Under the pieces are notes generated by a model that was not told the origin of the DNA, ran no database searches, and worked only from the letters and a program-made list of their open reading frames with translations. A stretch of DNA of 64,000 nt from Candidatus Fervidifonticultor sextus (GTDB lineage Bacteria; Sysuimicrobiota; Sysuimicrobiia; Sysuimicrobiales; Humicultoraceae), in assembly GCA_031459875.1 (NCBI GenBank), contig JAVKHQ010000001.1:214035-278034 (forward strand). The letters run 5' to 3'. This document shows positions 1-10,069 of this stretch, piece by piece; positions within the stretch are counted from its first letter, which is position 1, and every line of letters begins with the position of its first letter. Both the position numbers and the translations under genes were made by a program.

Positions 1-899
<899 letters not shown>

Positions 900-939
900 G
901 CGGGTCTCCCCTCCCGGGCGGAATCGAGATCGGCCATCC

Positions 940-1851
940 TCACGACACCGCTCCCCGCAGGCGGGGGTCGGTGAGATCGCGCAGGCCGTCACCCAGCAGG
1001 TTCAATCCCAGCACCGCCACGAGGATGGCCACGCCCGGGAAGATCGTGATCCAGGGGGCCGTCTGTATGAACATCCGCCCGGTGGTAATGATTGTGCCCC
1101 AGCTGGGCACGTAGGGCGGGAGCCCCACGCCGAGGAAACTCAGCGCGGCCTCGGCCAGCACGGATTCGGCGAAGATGAACGTGCTCTGCACGATCACCGG
1201 CGCCAGGCAGTTGGGGAGCACGTGGCGTGCCAGAATCCGGCTGTCGCGGGCGCCCAGCGCCTGCGCGGCCTGGACGTAGTCCAGCTCGCGGGCGACCAGC
1301 GTCACGCTGCGCACCACGCGCGCGACGCGGGGAGTGAACACGATGGCCAGAGCGAAAATCACGTTGGACAGCCGGGCGCCCAGCGCGGCCATGAGCGCGA
1401 TGGCCAGCAGCGTCGTCGGGAACGCCATCAGGCCGTCCATGATCCGCATCAGGATCCGATCCAGCCGGTCGTGGTAGCCGGCAACCAGGCCCAGCGCGAC
1501 CCCGGCGCCGGCGGCACTGAGCACCACCAACCCCCCCACCAGCAACGAGACCCGTGCCCCGTAGATGACGCGGCTGAGGATGTCCCGACCCATGTTGTCG
1601 GTCCCAAACAGGTGGGCGGGGCCGGGGCCGGTCAGACGCCGCGGGACGTGGATCTCCAGCGGGTCGTAGGGGGATAGCACCGGCGCAGCGAGTGCCACCA
1701 CCACCATGGCCAGCACGATGGCGCCGCCAATCGTCGCCGACTTGCTCCGGCGCAACGTCCTGAAGGCGGTCAGCCACAGGTGGCCGGCCGGCCGAACCAG
1801 CCTAGCAGGCGCCGTCACGATCTCAGCGCGCTCCACCATCCAGGTCCTCAC
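940..1851 (-). CDS. ABC transporter permease, DppC/OppC family
   Basis: 303-aa polytopic membrane protein with an oligopeptide-permease type conserved loop ([17 protein letters not shown]). 4-nt start/stop overlap with the upstream permease gene. Confidence 0.8.
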   Translation of the reverse strand: MRTWMVERAEIVTAPARLVRPAGHLWLTAFRTLRRSKSATIGGAIVLAMVVVALAAPVLSPYDPLEIHVPRRLTGPGPAHLFGTDNMGRDILSRVIYGARVSLLVGGLVVLSAAGAGVALGLVAGYHDRLDRILMRIMDGLMAFPTTLLAIALMAALGARLSNVIFALAIVFTPRVARVVRSVTLVARELDYVQAAQALGARDSRILARHVLPNCLAPVIVQSTFIFAESVLAEAALSFLGVGLPPYVPSWGTIITTGRMFIQTAPWITIFPGVAILVAVLGLNLLGDGLRDLTDPRLRGAVS

Positions 1852-2792
1852 ACGTACTTGACCCTCGGGTCGAGGTAGACGTAGACGACATCAATGAGCA
1901 GATTGATCACCACGTAGATGGCGGCGATGAACATCAGGATCCCCTGGATAACCGGGTAGTCGCGGCGCAGGACCGATGAGATGACCAGCCGGCCGACGCC
2001 GGGCAGCGCGAACACCGTTTCGGTGACGATGGCGCCGGCCAGCAGGCCCCCCAGGGCCAAGCCGATGACGGTCACCGTGGGAATCATGGCATTGCGTAGC
2101 GCATGGCGGTAGACGACCCGGCGCTCCAGGTTGCCCTTCGCCCGGGCCGTGCGAATGTAGTCCTGACCCAGGACTTCCAGCATGCTGGAGCGGGTCATGC
2201 GGGCGATCAATGCCGACCCGCTGATCCCCAGCACCACCGCCGGCAGCACCAACGAGCGCACCGCCCCGGCCAGCGACTGCTCCACCGGCACGTACCCGGC
2301 CACCGGCAGCACGCCCAGCCAGACCGAGAAGATGAGGATCAGGTTTAACCCCAACCAGAAGTTGGGAACCGAGACCCCAAACAGCGCGACCCCCATCGCC
2401 GCCTGGTCTATCCAGCTGTTCCGCCGGACCGCGGCGATCACTCCCGCGGGAATGCCGATGGCCACGGCCAAGGCCAGCGAGAAGAGGGTGAGGAGCACGG
2501 TGGGCTCCAGCCGCTCGATGATGGCCTGGAGGACCGGCCGCTGGAGGAAGATGGAATACCCCAGGTCCCCCCGTAACGTCCGTCCGTACCAGCGGAGGAG
2601 CTGGACCAGCAGGGGCCGGTCCAGCCCCATGAGACGACGGAGGTTCTCCAATTCCTCCTGCGTCGCGTCCGGACCCAGCATCACTGCCGCCGGATCCCCC
2701 GGCGTGAGGTAGATAAGAAAGAACCCGACGGTGGCCACGATCACCAGGACCGGGACCAACGCCGCGATACGTCGGATGATGTACCCCGTCAC
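1848..2792 (-). CDS. ABC transporter permease, DppB/OppB family
   Basis: 314-aa polytopic protein of the typical DppB family (N-terminal MTGYIIRRIAALVPVL.., conserved loop ARAKGNLERRVVYRHALRNAM). Confidence 0.8.
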   Translation of the reverse strand: MTGYIIRRIAALVPVLVIVATVGFFLIYLTPGDPAAVMLGPDATQEELENLRRLMGLDRPLLVQLLRWYGRTLRGDLGYSIFLQRPVLQAIIERLEPTVLLTLFSLALAVAIGIPAGVIAAVRRNSWIDQAAMGVALFGVSVPNFWLGLNLILIFSVWLGVLPVAGYVPVEQSLAGAVRSLVLPAVVLGISGSALIARMTRSSMLEVLGQDYIRTARAKGNLERRVVYRHALRNAMIPTVTVIGLALGGLLAGAIVTETVFALPGVGRLVISSVLRRDYPVIQGILMFIAAIYVVINLLIDVVYVYLDPRVKYV

Positions 2793-2873
2793 GGGCGGTC
2801 GGCGGTCAGACGGCCCCCGGCGGCGGGCCCGGGAGGGATCGTCATCCCCTGGAAGCCGGGCCTGGACCGTCGG

Positions 2874-4430
2874 TCAGCGTCCCTCGAGCCACGCGTTCCA
2901 CCAGATATGGGTCGGGATGTTCTCGTAGCCTCTGAGCTCCCTCCGGTGGAGGTGCAGCAGGAAGTAGTCGCCGAACTTGATCGTCCCCGCATCCTCATAC
3001 CACAGTTTCTGCATGCGCTTCCACAGGTCGTGGCGGACTTTCGGGTCGGCATGCCGCCGCAGCAGCGTCATCATGGCGTTCATGTCGCGGTTGTCGTACC
3101 AGCCCGGCCACGTCGGCTGCAGGGAGAGCAGGAAGACCGGATCGGGCACGAAACTGAAGGCGGTGCTGAAGACGTCCCACAGCTCGGGTCGGGCGCGCCG
3201 TGCCACCAGCGTGGCCCAGTCCACCACCTGCAGGTCCACGGTGAACCCCGCTGTCTCCAGCATGGGTTTGACGACCTGGGCCGCCGTGCCGTAGGCCACG
3301 TACTCCATGGTGGTCACCCACCGGACCGGTTCGCCCCGGTAGCCTGCCTCGCCGAGCAACTGCCTGGCCCGCGCGGGGTTCTTCTGGTTGAAGAACTCCT
3401 TGCCGGCGTCGGTCCACAGGTAGTGTTCCTTGGGCATCAGACCCGGGTCGAGGCGCCAGAAGCGGGGGTTGCCGTAGGCGGCCCGCATGACCGCCTCGTG
3501 ATCCAGCGCTGCCTGGAAGGCCTGGCGGACCTTCCGGTTTCCCATCAACGGCGACCGGTGGTTGAACACCGCGGTGAGCCAGTTGGCGGTCTTGGTAATG
3601 TAGGGCATCAGCTCCGGATCCGTCCGCAGCCGGTCGTATTCATCGGGGGGCACCGTCTCGGCGAAGTGGTACTCGCCGCGCTTGACACCCGCGATGCGGA
3701 CCGCCGCATCGGGGACCGGCAGGATGTAGATCGAGTCGAAGTAGGCGTGCTTGCGCCCCGTGGCGCCGTCGGGCTCCTCCGTCCGCGCAGCGTAGCCGTC
3801 GAACCGGTCGAGGCGAATGTGCCGGTCGGGCAGGTGCTCGACAAACCGGTACGGCCCGGTGCTGACAAACCGCCGCACCGGCCCGGCCCCGGCCTCGTCG
3901 ATGACCTCCTTGGGGAAGATGACCGCCGACTGGCCGGGCAGGGCCAGATCCACCAGCAGGAGCCCATAGGGCTCCCTGAGCTTCATCACCACCGTGTGGG
4001 GATCGGGGGTCGTCAGCGCTGCCACGTTGGGCCACAGGGCTCGCCCCCGCGTGGCGATGCGTCCCCACCGCTCCAGCGACGCCTTGACGTCCTCGCTGGT
4101 CAGGTCCTTCCCGTTGTGGAACTTCACGCCCCTCCGCAGGTGGAACGTATAGGTGAGCCGGTCGCCGCTAGTCGTCCACCGCTCCACCAGCACGGGACGT
4201 GGCTCGAACTTCGTGGTCAGAGCGAAGAGGCCTTCGTTCACGTTATACATGATGTGGCCGGTGATGGCAGCCGTCGTCCAGTGCTGGTCCAGGGTCGGCG
4301 GCTCCCCGATGTGGGCGATGCGCAGCGCGCCGCCCCGACGGGGCTGCTGGGCCGCACCCGGAACCGTCAGGACGGCTGTCAGGACCAGCACGATGGCGAG
4401 TGCGCCAAACCGGATCGCGCGGATGCTCAC
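2874..4430 (-). CDS. ABC transporter substrate-binding protein, family 5 (DppA/OppA-like)
   Basis: 518 aa with an N-terminal Sec signal peptide (MSIRAIRFGALAIVLVLTAVLTVPGAA) and the typical SBP_bac_5 length. First gene of the permease operon. Confidence 0.8.
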   Translation of the reverse strand: MSIRAIRFGALAIVLVLTAVLTVPGAAQQPRRGGALRIAHIGEPPTLDQHWTTAAITGHIMYNVNEGLFALTTKFEPRPVLVERWTTSGDRLTYTFHLRRGVKFHNGKDLTSEDVKASLERWGRIATRGRALWPNVAALTTPDPHTVVMKLREPYGLLLVDLALPGQSAVIFPKEVIDEAGAGPVRRFVSTGPYRFVEHLPDRHIRLDRFDGYAARTEEPDGATGRKHAYFDSIYILPVPDAAVRIAGVKRGEYHFAETVPPDEYDRLRTDPELMPYITKTANWLTAVFNHRSPLMGNRKVRQAFQAALDHEAVMRAAYGNPRFWRLDPGLMPKEHYLWTDAGKEFFNQKNPARARQLLGEAGYRGEPVRWVTTMEYVAYGTAAQVVKPMLETAGFTVDLQVVDWATLVARRARPELWDVFSTAFSFVPDPVFLLSLQPTWPGWYDNRDMNAMMTLLRRHADPKVRHDLWKRMQKLWYEDAGTIKFGDYFLLHLHRRELRGYENIPTHIWWNAWLEGR

Positions 4431-4565
4431 ATCACTCCCTCCTCAGGCGCAGGGCCTCAACCGCAGGGCTGGCCCCACGGACCGGTTGGCATTGCTGCGA
4501 TCAGGATACCATGGCACATGGCCGGAGGGCGAGCGGGCGGTCGCGGCCGGCGGCCGGCCACCCGC

Positions 4566-5831
4566 CTACCCGGCGCGCACCTCGGCCACCAGGGCCGTGG
4601 CTTCCGCCAGCGCCTCCGCAAAGACGTCGATCGCCCGGTCCACCTGCGCGTCGGAGGCGATCAGCGGGGGCGCAAACCGGATGACCTCCCGCCGGTTGGT
4701 GGAGTAGAACGCGAGGACCTGCCGCTGGAGCATCCCCGAGAGGACGAGGAACGCCACGTCAGCATCCACGAACTCGACCCCGACCAGGCACCCGCGTCCC
4801 CGCACGTCGGTGACCAGACCGGCCGCGTTCTCCGCCGCGCGCCGCAGCCCGGCCATCAGCCGCTCGCCGATAGCCGCGGCGCGGGGCAGGAGGTTCTCCT
4901 CCAGGATGACCCGGATCGTCGCCGCGGCGGCGGCCCAGCCCAGGCGGTTGCCGAAGGTCGTGGTGTGGATGAGCGGGTCGCGGATCAGAGGCTCCCACAG
5001 CGTGGGCCGGGCCACCATGGCCCCCACCGGCGCCACCCCGCCGCCCAGCCCCTTGGCCGTCGTCAGGATGTCGGGGACGACGCCCTCGTGCTCGCAGGCC
5101 CACATCTTTCCGGTGCGGCCCATGCCGGTCTGCACCTCGTCGACCACGAGCAGCACGCCGCCCCGGTCGCAGACCTCGCGCACGGCGCGCAGGTACCCAT
5201 CGGGCGGCACCACGACCCCGGTCTCGCCCTGGATGGGCTCCAGGATCACGGCCGCGGTGCGGGAGGTGAGCGCTGCGGCCAGGGCGTCCGCGTCGCCGAA
5301 GGGGACGTGGACGACCCCGGGCAGCAGGGGCTCGAAGGGCGTCCGGTAGAGGTCCCGGCCCGAGATGGACAAGGCGCCCAGGGTCTTCCCGTGAAAGGCC
5401 CCGGAGGCGGCGACCAGGTCCGTCCGCCCCGTGGCCAGGCGGGCCAGCTTGATGGCTGCCTCGTTGGCTTCAGCACCGCTGTTGCACAGGAACACGTACT
5501 GGAGGTCGCCGGGGGTGATCTCGGCCAGCAACTCGGCCAGTTCGCCCATGGGCTCGTTGGCCATCAGGCGGACCGACAGCGGCATGCGGTCGAGTTCCCG
5601 GCGGGCCGCCTCCACCACCCGGGGATGGCGGTGCCCCAGGATGAACACCGAGGGACCGGCGGAGAAATCCAGGAACTCGCGGCCGTAGGCGTCCCGAATG
5701 ATGGCGCCCTCCGCCTCGACCTCGAGGGTCTCCAGGCCCGCGAACTTGAACAGCCGGACCCATGCGGGGTTCAGATGGTCCGCGTACTGCTGGAGCACCC
5801 GCAGGGTGCGCCTTTCGCCCTCGTCCGTCAT
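4566..5831 (-). CDS. Class III pyridoxal-phosphate aminotransferase (acetylornithine aminotransferase ArgD-like)
   Basis: 421 aa with ..FLDFSAGPSVFILGHRHPRVVEAARRELD.. and ..LLVVDEVQTGMGRTGKMWACEHEGVVPDILTTAKGLGGG.., which is the class-III aminotransferase signature around the Lys-PLP site. Confidence 0.7.
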   Translation of the reverse strand: MTDEGERRTLRVLQQYADHLNPAWVRLFKFAGLETLEVEAEGAIIRDAYGREFLDFSAGPSVFILGHRHPRVVEAARRELDRMPLSVRLMANEPMGELAELLAEITPGDLQYVFLCNSGAEANEAAIKLARLATGRTDLVAASGAFHGKTLGALSISGRDLYRTPFEPLLPGVVHVPFGDADALAAALTSRTAAVILEPIQGETGVVVPPDGYLRAVREVCDRGGVLLVVDEVQTGMGRTGKMWACEHEGVVPDILTTAKGLGGGVAPVGAMVARPTLWEPLIRDPLIHTTTFGNRLGWAAAAATIRVILEENLLPRAAAIGERLMAGLRRAAENAAGLVTDVRGRGCLVGVEFVDADVAFLVLSGMLQRQVLAFYSTNRREVIRFAPPLIASDAQVDRAIDVFAEALAEATALVAEVRAG

Positions 5832-6361
5832 GCGCCCCCCTCAGCCACCGCCGTCGCGCTCTCCAGGACGAGGCGCGCCCGCCGAACGATCTCCCGGGTC
5901 TCCCGGTACTTGATCCGCTCAACCGCCTCTTCGGGCGTCACCCACTCGGCGGCGACGAAGCCTTCCTCCCGCTGTGGCCGCGGATCTTCGTCCCCCAGGA
6001 ACTCGAGCAGGAAGTAGTGGACGGTCTTGTCATAGAACGCGTCTTCGGCCCGCCAGAAGAACGAGTAGCGCTCCTCGCCCAGGTCGGTCATCACGCGCAC
6101 CCGGGACAGCCCGGTTTCTTCCCGGACCTCGCGCTGGGCCACCGCATCCGGGGTCTCCCCGGCCTCGATGGTCCCCTTCGGCAGCATCCACTTGCCGCTC
6201 TCATGCTGCAGGATGAGGATCTGGGGACCGCCGGGCGTCCGACGGAACACGACGCCACCGGCGCTGCGCGCGCGCTTGGTGGGCTTTCTGCGTCTCGATG
6301 GCGCGACCACGAACCTGACCCCCTCGAACACAAAAGCCCGGCGTCCCGGGCTCCCATCCAT
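5828..6361 (-). CDS. NUDIX hydrolase
   Basis: Nudix box GTIEAGETPDAVAQREVREETGL. The ORF-track N-terminus (to 6436) overlaps the upstream GatB/YqeY gene, so the start is placed at internal M26 (MDGSPGRRAFVFEG..). Confidence 0.7.
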   Translation of the reverse strand: MDGSPGRRAFVFEGVRFVVAPSRRRKPTKRARSAGGVVFRRTPGGPQILILQHESGKWMLPKGTIEAGETPDAVAQREVREETGLSRVRVMTDLGEERYSFFWRAEDAFYDKTVHYFLLEFLGDEDPRPQREEGFVAAEWVTPEEAVERIKYRETREIVRRARLVLESATAVAEGGA

Positions 6362-6383
6362 CCTGGAGGCCCCGGGCCAGGGC

Positions 6384-6830
6384 CTAACCCCGGAGGGCCT
6401 CCCGCACGATGCGCTCGACCGCCTTCCCCTCGGCACGGCCCGCGATGCGCCGCATCAGCGGCCCCATGACGCGGCCCACCTCGCGCTCGCCGGCGGCACC
6501 GACTTCGGCGATGACCTCGGCCGCCAGCCGCCGGATTTCGTCGTCGGAGAGCGGCGGCGGCAGGTAGCCCAAAAGGATGGCCATCTCCAGCTTCTCCTTC
6601 TGGACCAGGTCGTCGCGGCCGCCGCGCTCGAACCCCTCGATGGCTTCCCGACGGCGCTTCACCTCGTGACGCAGGATCGCGACGACCTCATCGTCTGTGA
6701 GCGCGCGGCGGCGCTCGATCTCGGCATTCTTGATCGCCGCACGCGCCAGCCGGATCGTCGACGTGCGGAGGCTATCCCCGGCGCGCAGCGCCTCCTTGAG
6801 GTCTGCCTCCAGGCGTTCCGCCATGGTCAT
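6384..6830 (-). CDS. GatB/YqeY domain-containing protein
   Basis: 148 aa (MTMAERLEADLKEALRAGDSLRTSTIRLARAAIKNAEIE...) typical of the YqeY family, in the conserved rpsU-yqeY arrangement. Confidence 0.75.
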   Translation of the reverse strand: MTMAERLEADLKEALRAGDSLRTSTIRLARAAIKNAEIERRRALTDDEVVAILRHEVKRRREAIEGFERGGRDDLVQKEKLEMAILLGYLPPPLSDDEIRRLAAEVIAEVGAAGEREVGRVMGPLMRRIAGRAEGKAVERIVREALRG

Positions 6831-6852
6831 GGCGACGTCGCCTCTCCTGGCG

Positions 6853-7029
6853 CTACCGCCGGCGACGCTTCGCGCTGCGGGCCAGCTTGCGCCGGCGCCG
6901 CTGGCCGGGGGTTTCGTAGTGCTCGTGGCGCTTGACCTCGGTCAGGATGCCCGATCGCTTCACCTGGCGCTTGAAGCGCCTTAGCGCCGAATCCAGGCTC
7001 TCGTCCTTGCCAACACGGATCTCGGCCAT
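6853..7029 (-). CDS. rpsU: 30S ribosomal protein S21
   Basis: Manual translation gives MAEIRVGKDESLDSALRRFKRQVKRSGILTEVKRHEHYETPGQRRRRKLARSAKRRRR (58 aa), with SD AAGGAG upstream. It is below the ORF-track size cutoff. Confidence 0.9.
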   Translation of the reverse strand: MAEIRVGKDESLDSALRRFKRQVKRSGILTEVKRHEHYETPGQRRRRKLARSAKRRRR

Positions 7030-7383
7030 CTCCCCATCACTCCTTTTCCACGTCCGGTCGGGGGACCGGACGACCGGGATGCGGCCGGCCTGTGGTACCC
7101 AGAACCCCCAAACAGACAGGAAGCAGGCTCCTCCGCCCTGCTGATGAGGAACCTGCCGCCCTGCACCCTCGCGGCCGACGACCGAGCCGCCGCATCGAAA
7201 CCGTGGCAGGCCGTACCTTTGGCAGATTATACCGCACAGGCCCCATGGCGTCTACCGGCCGAATCGAGCCCATCGAGCCCGCCGCCCCGTGGAGCGCCTT
7301 GCGCCCGGAACCTCCTGCGGTAGACTGGGAGCGCGGGCGCCGGTGGCAGGCCGACACGGAACGGACAGGGAGGAGCCACACGC

Positions 7384-8553
7384 ATGCGTGAGGTCGCCAT
7401 TCTGAGCGCAGTGCGCACGCCGATCGGCCGGTTCCTCGGCGGCCTGGCCGGGGTGCCGGCCCCGCGTCTGGGGGGCATCGTCGTCGCCGAGGCGGTCCGG
7501 CGCGCCGGGATTGCCCTCGACCAGGTCAGCGAGGTCATCATGGGCAATGTCCTGGGCGCCGGCCTGGGACAGGCCCCGGCCCGGCAGGCGGCCCTGGCCG
7601 CCGGCCTGCCCGACACCGTGCCCGCCACGACGGTCAACAAGATGTGTGGGTCTGGACTCAAGGCCGTGATGCTGGGCGCCCAGGCCATCCAGACGGGCGA
7701 CGCGGAGGTCGTCGTGGCCGGCGGCATGGAGAACATGAGCGCGGCGCCCTTCCTCCTCGACCGGGCGCGCAGCGGCTACCGGCTGGGCGACGGGACGGTC
7801 GTAGACGTGATCCTCCGCGACGGCCTGGTGGATCCCTGGGGGCACGGGCACATGGGCAACTGCGCCGAGTTGCTGGCGCGGACCTTCAAGATCACGCGCC
7901 AGGAGCAGGACGCCTTTGCCCGGGAGAGCTATCGCCGGGCCCTGGCGGCGATGGCCAGCGGAGCGTCCTCCGAGGAGATCGTTCCGGTTAACCCGGGGAG
8001 CGGCCCGCCGGTGGTCGAAGATGAGGAACCGCGGCGCGCGGATTTCGAGAAGATGACGAAGTTACAGCCGGCGTTCGAGGAAGGCGGGACGGTGACCGCC
8101 GCGAACGCCAGCAGCATCAGCGACGGCGCGGCCGCGGTGGTCCTGGCCTCGTCGGAGGCCGCCGCCCGATTCGGCCGGACCCCGCTGGCCTGGATCGTCG
8201 GCCAGGCCACGGCGGCGACAGCGCCGGAGTGGTTCACCATCGCGCCGGCCTCCGCGACCTGGCGCCTGCTGGAGCGCGTGGGGTGGACGGCACGGGGCGT
8301 TGACCTCTTCGAGATCAACGAGGCCTTTGCGGCCGTCGTCATCGCCGTCACGCGGGAGCTGGCCGTCGACATGGACCGGGTCAACGTGCGCGGCGGGGCC
8401 GTGGCCCTGGGCCATCCGATCGGCGCCAGCGGCGCCCGCATCCTGGTGACCCTCCTGTACGCGATGGCGGCGCAGCAGGCCCGACGCGGGGTCGCCGCGG
8501 TCTGCCTGGCCGGCGGCGAGGCAGTGGCGGTCGCCGTCGAGCGCCGGGCGTAG
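7384..8553 (+). CDS. Acetyl-CoA C-acetyltransferase (thiolase II)
   Basis: 389 aa with MREVAILSAVRTPIGRFLGGL.., the active-site Cys region NKMCGSGLKAV, and C-terminal GGGEAVAVAVER. Canonical thiolase. Confidence 0.9.
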   Translation: MREVAILSAVRTPIGRFLGGLAGVPAPRLGGIVVAEAVRRAGIALDQVSEVIMGNVLGAGLGQAPARQAALAAGLPDTVPATTVNKMCGSGLKAVMLGAQAIQTGDAEVVVAGGMENMSAAPFLLDRARSGYRLGDGTVVDVILRDGLVDPWGHGHMGNCAELLARTFKITRQEQDAFARESYRRALAAMASGASSEEIVPVNPGSGPPVVEDEEPRRADFEKMTKLQPAFEEGGTVTAANASSISDGAAAVVLASSEAAARFGRTPLAWIVGQATAATAPEWFTIAPASATWRLLERVGWTARGVDLFEINEAFAAVVIAVTRELAVDMDRVNVRGGAVALGHPIGASGARILVTLLYAMAAQQARRGVAAVCLAGGEAVAVAVERRA

Positions 8554-8616
8554 CGGACCTGGGCGCAAAACGCCCCTGAGATTCCCGCGCGACTTGCCTG
8601 TCAAGCCATTTGTGAT

Positions 8617-10026
8617 TGTTACCCAACCCGGTATCATCGCGCCATCTACGGTGTTACCGGGGCAAGGGGGGAGGAGAGGATACCCCTGCCTTTCGTCCCG
8701 CTGCCGCCGGCATCGGACGGCGCCGGCGTGTGGGAGGGGAGGGGCTGCGCGCCATGCAGCCCGATGCTCGCCGGGGTGGCGTCCTGAGGAGTTCAAGCCG
8801 CGGGCTCTGTCGGTGGTTGGCCAGCCGGTAGATCTGCTGCAGCTTGCGCTCGATCTCATCGGCCAAGGCAAAGGGGTTCAAGCGTTGCCGGAGTTGCTGC
8901 AAGGCGGCGATCTTGGCTGGGGCGCCTCCACCGGAGGCCAGGAGGCGATCCAGGGGGGTCTGGGGGCGGTCATACACCCGCTTGAGGCGGGAGCCGACGC
9001 GGACTTTCCGGATGAGCTTCACTGAGGGCTGGAAGAGGTTCATCATGAGCCTGAGCTCGTTGCGGTAGAGGTCGTTGATTGCCTCGACGGCCTGGGGGGA
9101 GTCGTAGCGATCCCAGCCCAGGAGCTTGCGGACGTGCGTCCAGTTCTTCTGCTCGATGTGGGCGTTGTCGTCTTTCTTGTAGGGCCGGCCGCGGGTGAAC
9201 TGGATGCCGTGGGTCTGGCAGTAACGCCAGAGGTGGTGGTTGATGAACTCGGAGCCGTTGTCGGAGTCCAGGCCGTGGAGGGAGAATGGCAGGGCCTGGG
9301 CCATCTCCTGCAGGGCCTGGAGGACGGTGGTTTGACCGCGTCCGAGGGTGGCCCGGGTCTCCACCCAGGTGGAGTGGATGTCGGTGAGATTCAGCGAGTA
9401 GGCGAACTCCCCGTCAGCCGCGTTTCCGGAGTGGGAGACCAGATCGGTTTCAGCGAAGCCGGGAGTAGTGACATCCCAATGCTCGGTCTTGATGGGGATG
9501 TGGTGCTTGAGCAGGGTGCCGGGCTTGGTGCGGCCGTAGAGGCGGCGCCGGAGGTGCCGCTTCTTGGCGTGGAGGCGGCGGTCGATGGTCCGGGGGCTGA
9601 TGGAGAGGACCTGACGCTCCACCTGGGGGCTGATCGCGAGCCGTTGCTTGGCCCAGGGGAGCCACAGGGGCAGCAGCGCCTTGAGGCGGACCGACCAGGG
9701 GGAGCCCGCCGCCTCCCAGATGGCTGCCAGGACGGCAATGGCTTGCGCCCCATAGGTTGAGGGCCGGCGCCGCCGGCGGGGCTGGGCGTCCGGGGGCTTG
9801 TTGAGGACCCGGATAGCGGCCTTGCGGTGGTAGCCCGTCGTGGCGCAGAACTCGGTGAGGATCTGCTGTTTGGCCAGGCGCGACGCGGTGCGGTAGCGGT
9901 GGGAGATGGCGCGGACATACTCCCGCTTGGACGTTGGACTCACTGGTGTATTCCTCCCGGGGGCCGAAGACAGTCGCTTGCTCGGGTAACATATCACATG
10001 GCGCGACGATAGGTCCCCGGGTAACA
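8617..10026 (-). mobile_element. Insertion sequence (about 1.41 kb) with imperfect 45-bp terminal inverted repeats and a single rve-type DDE transposase gene. IS481-like features (TIR starts 5'-TGT).
   Basis: Left end TGTTACCCaacccggtATCaTCGCGCCATctacggtGTTACC (8617-8658). Right end GGGTAACatatcacATGGCGCGAcGATaggtccccGGGTAACA (9984-10026) is its reverse complement in spacing and most positions. The transposase stop codon lies inside the left IR. No clean target-site duplication was found. Confidence 0.6.
8654..9997 (-). CDS. DDE transposase (integrase core / rve domain) of the IS element
   Basis: The DDE region reads ..LTDIHSTW.. / ..HGLDSDNGSEFIN.. / ..KKDDNAHIEQKNWTHVRK.., with an N-terminal HTH. 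The likely true start is GTG at 9941-9943 (VSPTSKREY..), preceded by GGGAGGAA. The ORF-track start at 9997 lies inside the terminal repeat. Confidence 0.75.
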   Translation of the reverse strand: MICYPSKRLSSAPGRNTPVSPTSKREYVRAISHRYRTASRLAKQQILTEFCATTGYHRKAAIRVLNKPPDAQPRRRRRPSTYGAQAIAVLAAIWEAAGSPWSVRLKALLPLWLPWAKQRLAISPQVERQVLSISPRTIDRRLHAKKRHLRRRLYGRTKPGTLLKHHIPIKTEHWDVTTPGFAETDLVSHSGNAADGEFAYSLNLTDIHSTWVETRATLGRGQTTVLQALQEMAQALPFSLHGLDSDNGSEFINHHLWRYCQTHGIQFTRGRPYKKDDNAHIEQKNWTHVRKLLGWDRYDSPQAVEAINDLYRNELRLMMNLFQPSVKLIRKVRVGSRLKRVYDRPQTPLDRLLASGGGAPAKIAALQQLRQRLNPFALADEIERKLQQIYRLANHRQSPRLELLRTPPRRASGCMARSPSPPTRRRRPMPAAAGRKAGVSSPPPLPR

Positions 10027-10069
10027 GTTTAGGCGGCGCGATTCGCCACGTTGTCAGCGCCCCGCGCAG

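Noticed and set aside
2907-6017. 1036-aa plus-strand ORF, with similar giant ORFs at 28379-32644 (1421 aa), 58895-61234 (779 aa), 33102-35216, 35871-37514, 14614-16371, 22202-24148 and 36-812
   Set aside because: They are extremely R/G/P/A-rich with low complexity, have no recognisable motifs, and lie antisense or out-of-frame to well-conserved genes (dppA/aminotransferase, hppA/ppdK, pgpH, glyS, gltX, lnt, alaS). They are typical stop-codon-poor shadow ORFs of 70% GC DNA.
8561-8575. GGGCGcaaaaCGCCC hairpin after the thiolase gene as an intrinsic terminator
   Set aside because: It has a 5-bp stem with no downstream U-tract and sits 40 nt before the IS left end. It is too weak to be called a terminator with confidence.
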